Shown: positions 1 through 12,619 of the stretch, in pieces
Layout: each line of letters opens with the position of its first letter
Position numbering within the stretch: the stretch's first letter is position 1
DNA from: the human T2T-CHM13v2.0 reference genome, Homo sapiens
Strand: one strand, 5' to 3'
NCBI RefSeq assembly: GCF_009914755.1
Contig: NC_060946.1
Length of the DNA stretch: 64,000 nt
Made by a program: the position numbers and the translations under genes
Notes under the pieces: generated by a model
The model's database searches: none
What the model was told of the DNA's origin: nothing
Seen by the model: the letters and a program-made list of their open reading frames with translations, nothing else

Positions 1-80
1 CAAACAAACAAAACCAAAAAAAACAGAAACAAAAGTCTGATGTTTTTATTGTGATTATGTTCTAAATGAATAAGTGAAAT

Positions 81-231
81 GTGATAATACAAAATGGTGT
101 CACTCTGGTTCAGAACTCTAAAATGGACTCAAGAAACCATTCTAAGGAAAACTACTTGTATGATTGGCAGCATTGCAAAAAACACAGAAAGTTGCCTTGA
201 ACCTTTGAATTGGTTCATACTGCAGTGATAC
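81..231 (+). mobile_element. Possible old LTR 5' fragment (ERV1/MER4-group-like), truncated at the HERV-S junction
   Basis: Begins near TGTGA and has AAAATGGTGTCACT...AAAATGGACTC motifs reminiscent of MER4-group LTR starts; family not identified. Confidence 0.3.
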
Positions 232-1272
232 ATATTACATTAACCTCTGATTCTCTTGCATATTTAGAAGCAGCGGCACCCCTCTTGTGACAACATTTGG
301 CAGCATGCAGTTGGGCCATCACTGAATCCAAGGTCCAAGGGCCTGGATTGCCTGCTAAATTCTTGGGAGTTATCTGGTCGGGTAAGATGAAGGCCATACC
401 TGAAGCCATCCTTGATAAAGTTCAGGCATATCCCCGGCCCACAATGATGAGGCAGCTACAGACCTTTATGGGCCTCTTGGGATATTGGTGGGCATTTGTG
501 CCTCATTTGGCTCAGATGATAAAACTGTTTTATCAGTTGACAAAAAAAGAAACTACTTAGCATTGGGACAGTGAGGCTGAGATGGCTTTTCTCGCAGCCA
601 AGTGGGTCATACAGCAAGTGCAGGCCTTATAAGTGATTGACCCTGGGTGCCCATTTGAACTCAGTGTGCCCGTGACCACAGATGGTTTTGGCTGGAGCCC
701 ATGGCAGTGTGCAGAGCACTTTAGAACACCAGTAGGGTTTTGGTCCCAACTTTGGGAGGGAGCTGGAGCTCCAGTATTCGTTGATAGGGAAGCAATTAGC
801 AGCTTCATTGCCACCATTCAGGGTTGTGAGAGTGTGATGGGATGGGCTATCATCATTGTGTCAGTGACTTACCCAGTAGCAGGATGGATACGTTCATGGG
901 TAACAACCCCCAGACTGAGACAGCACAGACATCCACCTTAGCCTGAGGCACCCCTAAACCCTGAACCATCACCATTTAAAGAGGGATATCCCCCATTCCC
1001 GATAGGGTGTAGTATATGGATGGGCCCAGCTGGGGTCCTACTGCTGCCCGGACTGCTGTCACAGTCCAGCCTAGTATGTATACCATATGGTTTGATACTG
1101 GGTGTGGACAAAGTAGTCAGTGGGCTGAACTCAAGGCAGTGTGGATAGTGATCGCCAAGGAGGAGACACCTATGGTAATCTGCACCAATAGCTGGGCAGT
1201 TTATCAAGACCTGATCTTGTGGTTAACTACCTGGAAGTTACAGAATTAGCTAGTTGGCCACTGGCCCATTTG
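232..1272 (+). pseudogene. pol: HERV-S (HERVL18-int) pol fragment: RT C-terminal half, connection domain and RNase H; degenerate
   Basis: ORFs 297-560 (SKVQGPG..KFLGVIWSG..LQTFMGLLGYW), 633-941 (PFEL..GFWSQLW) and 1016-1249 (QSSQWAELKAVW..ICTNSWAVY) are ERV-L-class RT/RNase H motifs; contains stops and frameshifts. Confidence 0.9.
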
Positions 1273-1350
1273 TCAAGTCAGCAATGAACTATGAGGGTGC
1301 CTCTGCACTCCAGCCTGGGTGACAAAGTGAGACCCAGGCTCTAAATAAAT
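1273..1350 (+). mobile_element. 3' fragment of an old Alu (AluJ/FLAM-like)
   Basis: TGCACTCCAGCCTGGGTGACAAAGTGAGACCC followed by an A-rich tail; 5' part missing. Confidence 0.8.
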
Positions 1351-1407
1351 AGGTAAATTATGTAGTATGTATATTATAACTCTTCCCAAAATTAGAAAAA
1401 GCAATAG

Positions 1408-1758
<351 letters not shown>

Positions 1759-1769
1759 TAAGAATCATA

Positions 1770-2500
1770 ATAATATCAGAGAAAGTAGAATTCAAGGCAA
1801 AATTCATTTCAAAAAGATCAATTTAAATTCAGAAAACGTTAATCCGAGAGTTAAGTTTTAAAAATCATACATCATAAAAGGTTAAAAATAAGACCAAAAT
1901 ATGAAGAAACTCTTTTAGATGTTAAATGAGAAATTCATAAACTATTTTTATGAATGACTTCAGCATAATTTTCTCAGCCTTTGACAAAATAGGAAGTGAA
2001 AAAAAGAACAAAGATTTAATCATTTAAATAGTATAAAATTAATAAAAGTATGTATTCAATTATACCAATATCAAACAGAACATACACCTTTGTTGGCACT
2101 AATGTAATGTTTATAGAATTTAATTATATGGTAGAAATTGTAGAGGCCATATTCTCTGGCAACACAGCATTAAAGCTAGAAATTAATCACAATGTGTAAT
2201 CAAAACAATGTGAGAAAACCACTTGGAAGTTAAACAACATTCTATTTAAATAAGGATTGGTTCACTGAGAAGAAATAAAATATATAATTACGTGCTATTT
2301 TGAAAATAGCAAAAATGAGAACAATATTTATCAAAACCATTGGAGAAAGGTTACCTTTTATCTAAAATCAAATCTCTTAAAATCTTTCATTGTCAAATAA
2401 AAAAAGTAATTAGATTAAGCATTTAATTTATAAACTTAAATAGCCAAAATCAACATCAAGTAAAAACGAAATGATATTTTTCAATTATGAATAATATTTA
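1770..2500 (+). mobile_element. Old L1 (L1M/L1ME-like) ORF2 endonuclease-region remnant
   Basis: A-rich strand with degenerate L1 EN motifs (AATATCAGAGAAAGTAGAATTCAAGGCAAAA; CATATTCTCTGGCAACACAGCATTAAAGCTAGAAATTAA). Confidence 0.6.
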
Positions 2501-3094
2501 AAGTTATTAAACTCTGGAAGTGATTTCTAGACTTTTAATAATGGGAATATGACAAAACTAGATATCCAGAGAGAATTTCTCAGAACAACACATAAAATGC
2601 TGGGTAAAATATGGGACTTGAGTTTTTAAATGAATAACTAGAAAGTAATACAAATTTCAAAAGGCCAAAAACAAAATTAAAGAAGCAGAGAGAGAGAGAT
2701 AAGTGAGCCTTATTATGCCATTTGCCCTTTGATCTTATGTCATCCCCTCATGGACTACAGAGGGAATTTTAAAGGGTTCCATGTGTGTTGGGGATAAGAT
2801 ATAATCAGAAGAAAAAAACCAGAAACATTTGCAGACAGGAGGCCCTTGCATAAAGATGATCCCTTCTAAGGGCAATACTCTAATTGGTGAATTAAAATGA
2901 CATACACACAGCATATCCACACAACCTCAGAGATGTACAATATGGAGTCTTGTTTCTCTTAGACTTGGTGCATGCTGATCTGGAAAAATAAAAAGCAGAA
3001 GACAAAAGTGTTCACCCAGGGAATGCTTAACTTCAAGTTTACACTTACGTGAGTTTTAATTACCTTTAACATTCACTCAGAAATTGGAATGAAT

Positions 3095-4085
3095 CAGTCA
3101 TCCCCTCCTTATCCACAGTTTTTCCACCCCCCCTGCAGTTTCAGTTACCTGTGGTCAACCATGGTCTGAAAATATTAAATGGAAAATTCCAGAAAGCAAT
3201 AATTCACATTTTAAATTGTGTGCCATTCTATGTAGCACAATTGCTATAGTTTGTATGTTTGTCCCCTGCAAATCTTACGTTAAAATTTAATCCCCAGTGT
3301 GGAAGTGTTAGGAGGCAGGGCCTAGTGGGAGGTGTTTGGCTAATGGAAGTGGATACCTCATCAATAGATTAATGCCCTTCCTCAGGGTGGAGTTCTCAAT
3401 CCCTTAGTCCCCATAAGCTGGTTGTTTGAAAGGCCCTGGTACCTCCCGTCTTGCTCTTGCTTCCTCTCTCACCATGTGATCTCTGCACACACCAGCTCCA
3501 TTTTACCTTCTGCCATGACTGGAAGCAGCCTGAGCCCTCAAGAGAGGCAGATGCTGACTCCATGCTTCTTGTACAGCCTGCACAACCATGAGCCAAATAA
3601 GTCTCGTGTTTTTTTTTTCTTCTTTTTTTTTTTGTTAGATAAATTTGCCCAGCCTCAGATATCCCTTGATAGCAACACTAAATGAACCAATACAATTATG
3701 AAATCTCATGAAGTCTCACTCTGTTCCTGGGACAGTTATCAATTACCATCCTTTTGTCCAGTGCACCCACACTGTATTATGCTGAGTGAGTCACTTAGTA
3801 GTTATCTTAGTTACCAGATCGACTGTCAGGTGTCACAGTGCTTGCACTCAAGTAACTCTTATTTCACTTAATCACGGCCCCAAACCCAAGAGTTCAGTGA
3901 TGTTAGCAATTCGGATATGCCAAAGAAAAGCCATAAAGTGCTCCCATCAAGTGGAAAGGTAAAAGTTTTCTACTTGATAAGGAATGAAAAGAAATTGTAT
4001 GCCAAGATGCTGAGATCTATAGTAAGAACAAATATTCTATCAGAGAAATTGTAAAAATGGAAAGAGAAATTTGTGTATAGTATAT
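3095..4085 (+). mobile_element. MER44/Tigger7 DNA transposon (TcMar-Tigger), split by an MST LTR; right end missing
   Basis: Terminal CAGTCATCCCCTCCTTATCCACAG; internal GGCCCCAAA..GGATATGCCAAAGAAAAGCCATAAAGTGC transposase N-terminal remnant. Confidence 0.85.
3242..3693 (+). mobile_element. MST (MSTB-like) MaLR solo LTR
   Basis: TGCTATAGTTTGTATGTTTGTCCCC start, AACCATGAGCCAAATAA, ends ...AATACA. Confidence 0.9.
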
Positions 4086-4915
4086 ACATATATATTACAT
4101 ATGTACTATAACATATATATGGTGTGTGTATATATGTGTATGTCTACACACCATACATATATGTGTGTATATAACATATGTATGCATACTATATGCACAT
4201 ATATATAACATGTGCATATAGTATGTATACACTGTATACACATCATATGTATATACATGTATGGTATGTGTATATATATCTACACACTTACATATATGTA
4301 TTACATATACACCCACCATTACATACCATTGTTTTTCTGAACATGTAATATATAGTATATACACACATATATAGTATACCCACATACCATTATGTTTTTC
4401 TGAACATGTAATATATGTAGTATACATATGCGTATATTTAGTATATAGTGTGTATATATGTTTATACTATATATACTATATAGTATATATACACTTTATA
4501 TATAGCATATACATACTCTAGCATATACATACATACATAGTATGTATATGCTATATATAAAGTATAGTATAGTACAATACAAGAAAGATATACTATATAA
4601 TAGTATATATAGTATATACATACTATGTATATACTACATATACATAGTATACTATATACTATGTATATGTAGTATATACATATATGGTATATATATGCTA
4701 TATATAGTATATACATACATGGTATATATATGCTATATATGTTTATACATATATAGTATATGCTATATATAGTATATGCTATATATACTATATGCTATAT
4801 ATAGTATATGCTATATATAGGATATGCATATATAGTATATGCTATATATAGGATATATAGTATAGTATAATACGAGAAATATATATACTATATACATAGT
4901 ATATATAGTATAACA
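4075..4915. repeat. About 840 bp TA-rich complex microsatellite/minisatellite
   Basis: (TA)n/(TATG)n mosaic with higher-order units such as TATATAGTATATGCTATA. Confidence 0.95.
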
Positions 4916-6549
4916 CAAGAAAATGTCTGTTTCAATGAACCAAGTGGATTTTAAATGAAAATGTCCATTTCAATGAACCAAGTGGATTTTAAAAAGAACC
5001 AAAATGAGCTTTTAGAAAAAAGTATACATAATAACCAAAAGTAGAAACCTTTAGATAAGAGAAGATTAACCCATCTAAATAGAAGACTAGTAAATTGAAA
5101 GATAGAACTGAAGAAACAATGCAAAATTATGTAAAATGTAGCACAAAGTGACACATAGAAACCTGGAAGTCATGGGAATAGAGGATGAATTGAGGAATCT
5201 AATATGTGTCTAATCAGAGTTCAACAGAACACTGATAAAGATAAGGGGGAAGACACAATATTGGAATGGCTGAAAATTTTAATAAATATAATTTTCTAAT
5301 GCTTAGATTCAGAAAGCCCAATGAAACATGAACAGGATAAGTAAAATGAAACTTACACCTGAATTTATCTATTTCAAATTGTGCAATAAGGGACAAGGAA
5401 AAGATTTTAAAAGCTGATAGAAAAACTAAATTACACAGAGAACAACCAGAGCAGCAGCTGCCCCCTCTCAGTAAAAATGGAAGCCTGAAGAAAGACTGTA
5501 GGATAACATTTTCAGATTTCTGACAGAAGATTACAACTAAGGATGCATAGGCAGTAAAAATATCACTTAAGTGCTGTGGCAAAATTAAGACATTTTTACT
5601 GAAAAACATAATTTTTTTTACCCATAGACTATTATTAAAATTTTTAAAGGCTGAATTGAAAGGATTAATTTCAGGAAGAAGTAAAATAACCCGCAACATA
5701 TGTATAAATCTAAACAAACACTGGTTAAACAAAAGTAATGTTTAAATTGTAGACTTTAAAATATGGTTGCACTAAAACCTTGGCTGGTAATCAAATAAAC
5801 ATTAGAAGAATACAGGGTTATAATGTATTGTTCAGGAGGAGGATAGCGATACTGATTAACCTTCGACATTGCTGTAAATAAATATGTTAAAACTTCTATG
5901 GTAACCACTAAAAGAAAAGATAGTATACAATTTCTGAATTCTTAGAAGAAAAAAGTAGAGTACATGTAAAAGCATAATTAATCTACAGGATGGCTAGAAA
6001 AGCTAGGAAAAGATATATAGAAAAGGTATGATAGAAATGAATTAAAATGTAGTTAGTATACCACATATAAGAATTGACCAACTCTCAACAATAAAGGACA
6101 GAATTGTTAGACTGAGTTTAAAACACAAAAACCCTTTCCTGGAGTCTTTTGGTAAGAGCAGAACATATAACCTTGGGCATTAAACTTTACCATATGAGTA
6201 GGGCATTTTGACCTTGGAATTTTTAGAGGCTGGTAATGTGCCAGCGTCTAACTTCTAATAGGACCAGGCCTTTAAGCCCTACGGTACATGGTATTTGATG
6301 TTGGCTGGTGAATTCAGCTTATGTCAGCTTTATCCACAGGCAAATTTATTTCTATAGACGCAACACCACTTACACTGGCCCATTGCTTCTTGGCCTTTTG
6401 GCTAAGATCAAGTGTACACTGGCCCAAACACAAAGGCAGAGGGGCCACACACCTCATAAAGGATAACGCCTTAGTGGCTTCAGTAAACTTCTGTGCAGTC
6501 CCTCTGGCTATCAAAGGTTTTGTAACTTCAGCGTGTGCAAGGTCTACCA

Positions 6550-6737
6550 CAGTTGGACTCCATGTGCCTAGACCAGCAGCATCAGCCAGCAGGGCCTGGA
6601 AACCTGTTAGAAATGCAAATCCTTGAACACCGCGCTTGATCTACTGACTGAGGAGTCTCCCAAAGTAGGGCCAACCGTCTGGGTTTTAACAAACCCTGCT
6701 GGGGATTCCAATGCATTCTGAAGCCTGACAGCCACTG
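6550..6737 (+). mobile_element. MER5A (hAT-Charlie)
   Basis: GACCAGCAGCATCAGC..GTTAGAAATGCAAAT..TTTTAACAAACCC..GCCACTG. Confidence 0.75.
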
Positions 6738-6884
6738 GTGTGCATCAAAAAGGAAAGTTTAGGAAAGCATAGATGGCTAGCACTATTGTGGGTCCAGCAT
6801 GTAGCACACTACAGCTCATTCCACAGCAAAGCTTTTCCTAAGTATCTGAGGTGGTGGCAAATAGTTCGCAAGAAAGAAAAGGGC

Positions 6885-7189
6885 TTTTTTGTTGTTGCTG
6901 TTTTGAGACGGAGTTTCACGCTTCTTGCCCAGGCTGGAGTGCAACGGTGTGATCACGGCTCACTGCAACTTCTGCCTCCGAAGTTGAAGCGAATCTCCTG
7001 CCTCAGCCTCCCAAGTAGCTGGGATTTACAGGCACCCGCCACCATGCCCAGCTAATTTTTTGTATTTTTAGTAGAGACGGGGGTTCACCATGTTGGCCAG
7101 GCTGGTCTTGAACTCCTGACCTCAGATGATCCACCTGCTTTGGCCTCCTGAAGTGCTGGGATTACAGGCGTGAGCCACCGTGCCTGGCC
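6885..7189 (-). mobile_element. Alu (AluSq/Sp-like)
   Basis: Full dimeric Alu with GAGTTTC..TTGCCCAGGCTGGAGTGCAA diagnostic bases. Confidence 0.95.
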
Positions 7190-7320
7190 AGAAAAAAGCA
7201 TTTTTATCTAACTTTAGAGTCATTTGGGAATAAAACAATATTTACTGTTTAAACTGCGAGACAGCTGAGTTCCATGTGTGCCTGAGTCTTGTGTAATCTT
7301 TAGATTCAAATGAGTGGTAT

Positions 7321-7890
<570 letters not shown>

Positions 7891-8042
7891 GCTGTCAAAA
7901 TTTGAGTAAAGCAAAATGAGTACATTCTAGAGATCCCCTATACAACATTGCACCTACAGTTAACAACACTTTATTGTAAACCTAAACATTTGTGAAGAGG
8001 GTAGATCTCATGTTACATGTTCTTACCACAATAAAATAATTT
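7891..8042 (+). mobile_element. L1MA/L1MB extreme 3' end, sense orientation
   Basis: TTCTAGAGATC..GTTAACAACACT..GAGGGTAGATCTCATGTTACATGTTCTTACCACAATAAAA. Confidence 0.8.
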
Positions 8043-8165
8043 TTTTAAGTGTTAAGGATATATGTGTGAAACTTAGTTTTCTTTTTAAATGACATATCCG
8101 AGCTAGGTATGCAATGCTGGGTAGTTAACCCAGATTTCATTTTAAATTCCTACCCTGGAAGTGAA

Positions 8166-10503
8166 TTGACATAATATCATCAACATAATGGAATAGGTGG
8201 ACCCCCTTTGGACATGTCCAGGTGGCTAAATCTGTGGCAACGAGAAGATGACATATGGTGGGGCTATGCACATAGCCCTGTGGCATCACTATGAAAGTCC
8301 ATTGTTATCCTTCCCATGTGAAGGCAAACTGTTCCTGGCTCTCTGGAGCAATGTCAATAGAAAAGAATGCATTGGCCAAGTCCACAGAGTGGTACTGTCC
8401 CAATTCCATTGTCAAGCGGTCCATCAAATCCATGATAGATGGTACAGCTGCATTTTAAGGGGGTGTTACTTTATTTAGTTCTTGATAATCCACTATCATC
8501 CACCGAGGTCCATCAGACTTTTTGACTGGCCATACCAGAGAATCGTAGGGTGCCACACACTATCTTCACCTCCTTTGACTTCTTAATAGTCTCAGTTATC
8601 TCTGTATGTCCACTTGCCAAGCAGTGTTGATGAGTGGAAGTAACCCGTCAGGGTTATGGCAGGACCTGGGGCCGGTGATGCGTATGTCTGTGCAGCACCA
8701 GCTTAACCACACGTACTCAGAGTCTGAATTCTCCCACCATGATTTGTAAAGTCAAGCCATGTAAAACATCCACCCCCAGAATGTACTCAAGTATGGGAGA
8801 GAAATACAGGGAGTTGTATAAGCAGGGAGTCAAGCAGCCAACGCCAAGGGAGAAAGATGCAGATTTCACTTTCACTGACCAGCCTCCATAGCCATCTATA
8901 TATGCAGCCTTGCCCAGAAACTTATCTAGGTTTCCATTGATGAGATCACAATCTGCACCGGTGTCTACCAGCACCAGCACCAGCACCAGCACCAGCACCA
9001 GCACCTGATGTACGTTGGTGGGGAACCAGTGGATTGCCAATTCCACATGTGGCCTCCAGTTGTCCGGTGTTCCCCCCAAGCCAGGCACCTCGGCCAGTCC
9101 CCTAATCAAATACAATAGGCTCTATACCTCTGCCTCATCTGCAGGTAGTCCTTGAGCTGGAGTGTCTGGGCAGAACTGGGTTGAGTAGCATTGTCCTGCC
9201 CCCTCTTGGGTACTTTCTGGAATTGCTGCTCTGGGGAGTGTTGCCTCCACAAAGTTAACAGCACTTCATTGGGGTGCCTATCAATTTTCTCTCAGGCAAC
9301 CCCAGCGTCTGTGTGTGAGTCACCTATTTGAGGCCCCTTTTTTCCCTTGAGGTGGCCCCCTGCAGAAGGGGTGCCTTCCTTTTTTTATGGTATGGACTCC
9401 TCCATCCTGCCTTTGGCCCACTACTTCCCTGAGGGCCACCATGGCAGTAGTCACCTCATGTATGAGATGCCCCACATAGGGAGTGAAGACAGTGGCCAGG
9501 GAGACTAAGGCACTCGGGGGCACAGAGCCCAACACAAGGTCCCTCATGTGGGAGGTAAAGCATTCATTATCTGGCCCTCAGGTATTCAGATCAAATATAG
9601 CCTGCCGCATACCCATCTCCTGAATGACTTGCACCAAATCTGTAAATGACTGCCATTTACTCACAGTTTCTGGTATTTCTTCAGCATCGCTCTATACCAT
9701 TCATATGGCTGCCATCAGCCATTCAATTAAGGTGTGGTCGCCTTGCCCCTGTGCTAACTGCCTGCTCACCTGCAATCACTGATGGAAGGAAGGATGGGTC
9801 ATAATGGAGGACAACTTTTCCATTTAGAGGCAGAGCATACTATAGTGTCAGCTCCCTCATCCCAAAGGTGAAACTTCCAGGTGGGTAGGGGTTCCCCTGC
9901 ATGCTGTCGACACTGGTTACCTAATTCTCACAACTCATTTGGGGTATAGGCACTGTATGACGTGTGCTCTGTCATGGTAGGGGGTCCCTGAGCCCGCCCT
10001 TGGGGTCCCAACTGCTGTTCATGCTCTACTTTGTGATGGACCACTGGGTGAGCCTGTGAGGGCGGTTCTTCCTCCTCAGTAGCAGACCGAGTTGGGTCTC
10101 TGACCGGATGGTGGGCCCAGGCCTGCACTAATGGCAGCCCCCAATTCTCATTCCAGGCTGTGTATCTGGGCCTTCAGGTGCTCTGTTTGCACCTGAAGTT
10201 CCCTTATCTGCACTGCATCCCACAGGGACTGAGCATGCACTTCCCATAGCACAGTCAAAAATGCCCATCCAGCTTTGCCAGCAAAGACAGGCTCCTTCCT
10301 AGTGCTCTGTGCTTCCAGGTGCTTCAGTGCCTTCTCTAGGCTCATGGAGGAGCTGTCTACCACTGCCCATGTTTCCACTGGGGCCCATCTGAGCAGCACG
10401 GCTGCCACTGGGTACCACAACCCATGTTGCGGCCACATGGCTGACCCAGGATCATCAGGGGCTGAGGGCTCTCTCAACTCAGGATCCTGCTGACTATGCC
10501 AAT
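8166..10503 (-). pseudogene. HERV-S (HERVL18-int) gag-pro-RT N-terminal half; degenerate
   Basis: Gag-like ORFs 10148-10591, 9928-10128 and 9320-9547; protease ORF 8717-9115 (LVDTGAD..ILGVDVL); minus-strand RT reads QWTFIVMPQGYVHSP..HYVDDIM and ends near 8166. Confidence 0.92.
10484..10501 (-). promoter_or_regulatory. Primer binding site complementary to tRNA-Ser 3' end
   Basis: Minus strand TGGCATAGTCAGCAGGAT versus the tRNA-Ser PBS TGGCGTAGTCGGCAGGAT (two CpG-type mismatches), immediately downstream of the LTR. Confidence 0.9.
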
Positions 10504-10894
10504 TTTCAGGTTTCAACCTAAGTTGGGGTCCAAAGGGAGCTGGTGGATGGGTGGTGGGTAGCTGAAAGAACACTTGAGGGACCATAGGCACTTAGGACAT
10601 GGCTTTATTCTCCCCCATCTCCCCTACAGAGTCAGAAGTGCAGTTATATTTTTCACAGACAACAGTAGCTGAAAGCCAGATATGAGCTCACACAAACGAG
10701 TTATATTAAAGGGCTGCAGTGTGATTACATAGTGCTCAAAGCCGGATATGAGCTCACACAAATGAGTTAAAGGGCTGCGATGTGATTACATAGTGCATGG
10801 GATTGTGCGCCTGCACTCCAAACCTACTGTATCATGCTGCACTGGATGTCTGCCTAGGCCTACTCCTGAGTGGAGCGCAGCCATTTTCCTTACA
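10504..10894 (-). mobile_element. LTR18-family 5' LTR of HERV-S
   Basis: Minus strand starts TGTAAGGAAAATGGCTGCGC; AATAAA at 10604-10609 (minus); abuts the PBS. Confidence 0.88.
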
Positions 10895-11955
10895 TGCTCT
10901 CTATTGCATTTTCACATTATTCATTGTATTTTTCAGCTCCCTGATATCTCTTTGATTCTTAAAAATTATTTCAATCTCTGTTAAATTTCTCATTCTGGTC
11001 ACTTACTGTTTTTCTCATTTTGTTGAATTGTTTCATTGCATTTTCTTGATGTTCACTGAGTTTTCTTTAAAGACTTATTTTGAATTCTTTGACATGTCAA
11101 ATATCCCCCTTTCTTTAGGATCTGTCACTGGCACTTTATTTTGTCTGTTTGGTGATGCTATGTTTTCCTAATTATTCTTGATTTTTGTTACCATGTGCCA
11201 AGATCTACACATTTGAATAAGTAGGTACTTATTTTGCTCTTTGGAAACTGGCTTAGTTTTGGAATTCCTTTCAATAGTAAGCCCGTCTAGAGATTCTGGT
11301 TATGCCATCTGTCATGGTCTCTAAGCCTGGGACCACTGTGAACACTAAAGCACTGGGGGACACCCTAAGCCTGGGACCACTGCAGCTGGTGTGGTGCTGA
11401 GCTGTAATCTTATGGTTGTTGAGGCTGGTGTGGAGCTGCAGTATGCCTGAAGCCCACAGCTGCTGATGCTTACCTGCTCCTGAGGTTTGTTTGGAGTCCA
11501 AAGATGGAATTGAAGATAGATTCTGCCTCTCAGATGCTATGGGTTCCTGCGTGGCATGGGGGCAGGTCTGGAGGCTCAGTCCATGGGTACCACCCTGAAA
11601 TTAGGGACTTTAGGGGTCTGCCTAATTCTGGATTTTACTGTGGCGGACCCAGTGTTAGGGTCCAAGGTAATGTCCTGTGCTCAGTTCCTTTTCTTTCCTC
11701 CAATTGGTCAGAGTCTCTCTCTGTACTGTGCTACCTGATTTTGAAGAAGGGATGACAAAGGTAATGTAAAACTGTCTATTCTACCTTCTTGAAGGTGTCT
11801 TTTCTTATGATTGTGCTATAACCAGGTACTATGATCTCTCACCTAGTTTCCTTAGCTCTTGTAAAAGTATTTCTGCACGTGGACATTTCTTCAAGTTGAA
11901 GTTTATGTGGGTGGCCAATCACTGGATGGTTCTATTTTGCCATCTTGTTCTATCT
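10895..11955 (-). mobile_element. L1M 5'UTR and start of ORF1 (host of the HERV-S integration)
   Basis: GCCATCTTG (minus CAAGATGGC, YY1-type L1 5' terminus) at 11939-11947; T-rich antisense ORF1 sequence next to the LTR. Confidence 0.7.
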
Positions 11956-11959
11956 TTGC

Positions 11960-12212
11960 CTATTTTGGTTCACTTTCTTGATGATCTCTTTAGCACAAAA
12001 ATTTTCCATTCTGATGAAGTTCCATGTATTTTCTTCTTTTCTCGCTTATGTTTTTGGTGTGAGATGTAAGAAACCATTGCCTAACTAAAGGTCATAAAAA
12101 TGTATGGCTATGTTTTTTCTAAGAGTTGTATATTTTTAGCTCTTTCACTTAAGGTCTTTGATTCATTTGGAATTAATTTTTATTTTGATGTGAGGTAAGG
12201 GTCCAACTTCAT
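11960..12212 (-). mobile_element. L1M ORF2 3' fragment
   Basis: AAGAAACCATTGCCTAACTAAAGGTCATA..GTGAGGTAAGGGTCCAACTTCAT. Confidence 0.75.
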
Positions 12213-12619
12213 ACTGAAACAAAAAAAATTTTTGTTAATTCACTTTTGTCATCTCTTGTATGTAGCAATGATTTCGAATTATTTAACCCATATCCGAGAT
12301 TTTATTCTGTATTTAGCATGTTCATATTTATTGCATCAATTTATATGGTTGATTTATGCTTTCTGTTAATGTCACCTTAATATTTTGTTTGCATTGTCTC
12401 CATTGCTATTTTGATGATCTTTCCTCTTTCATCATTATAATTTGGATTATATTCACAACTTTGTTTTTCAAAGATGATATTTATATTCATATTCTATATA
12501 TCTCCAAATAGAAAAGTCAACAGGAAATTGTATGTTTTAATTCTATGTAGTAAGAGTGATGAGCATTATATTGTATATCCTATTTCACTCCTTCACATAG
12601 ATTATTGTTATTAAGTAAT

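Larger units (their letters stand above)
2525..6130 (+). mobile_element. Old L1ME-like 5' region/ORF1 remnant, interrupted by MER44, MST and a TA array
   Basis: 4995-5700 resembles L1 ORF1 (GAAGAGAAGATTA..GAACTGAAGA; TCTAATATGTGTCTAATCAGAGTTCAA; GACAAGGAAAAGATTTTAAAAGC). Confidence 0.55.

Noticed and set aside
4095-4772. Y/I/C-rich ORFs
   Set aside because: Translation artefacts of the TA-rich array
5214-5732. 172-aa minus-strand ORF
   Set aside because: Antisense to a decayed L1 ORF1; F/L/S-rich with no domain motifs
6314-6626. Overlapping 78- and 101-aa ORFs in unique-looking DNA
   Set aside because: No recognisable protein similarity or exon context; 3' end runs into MER5A
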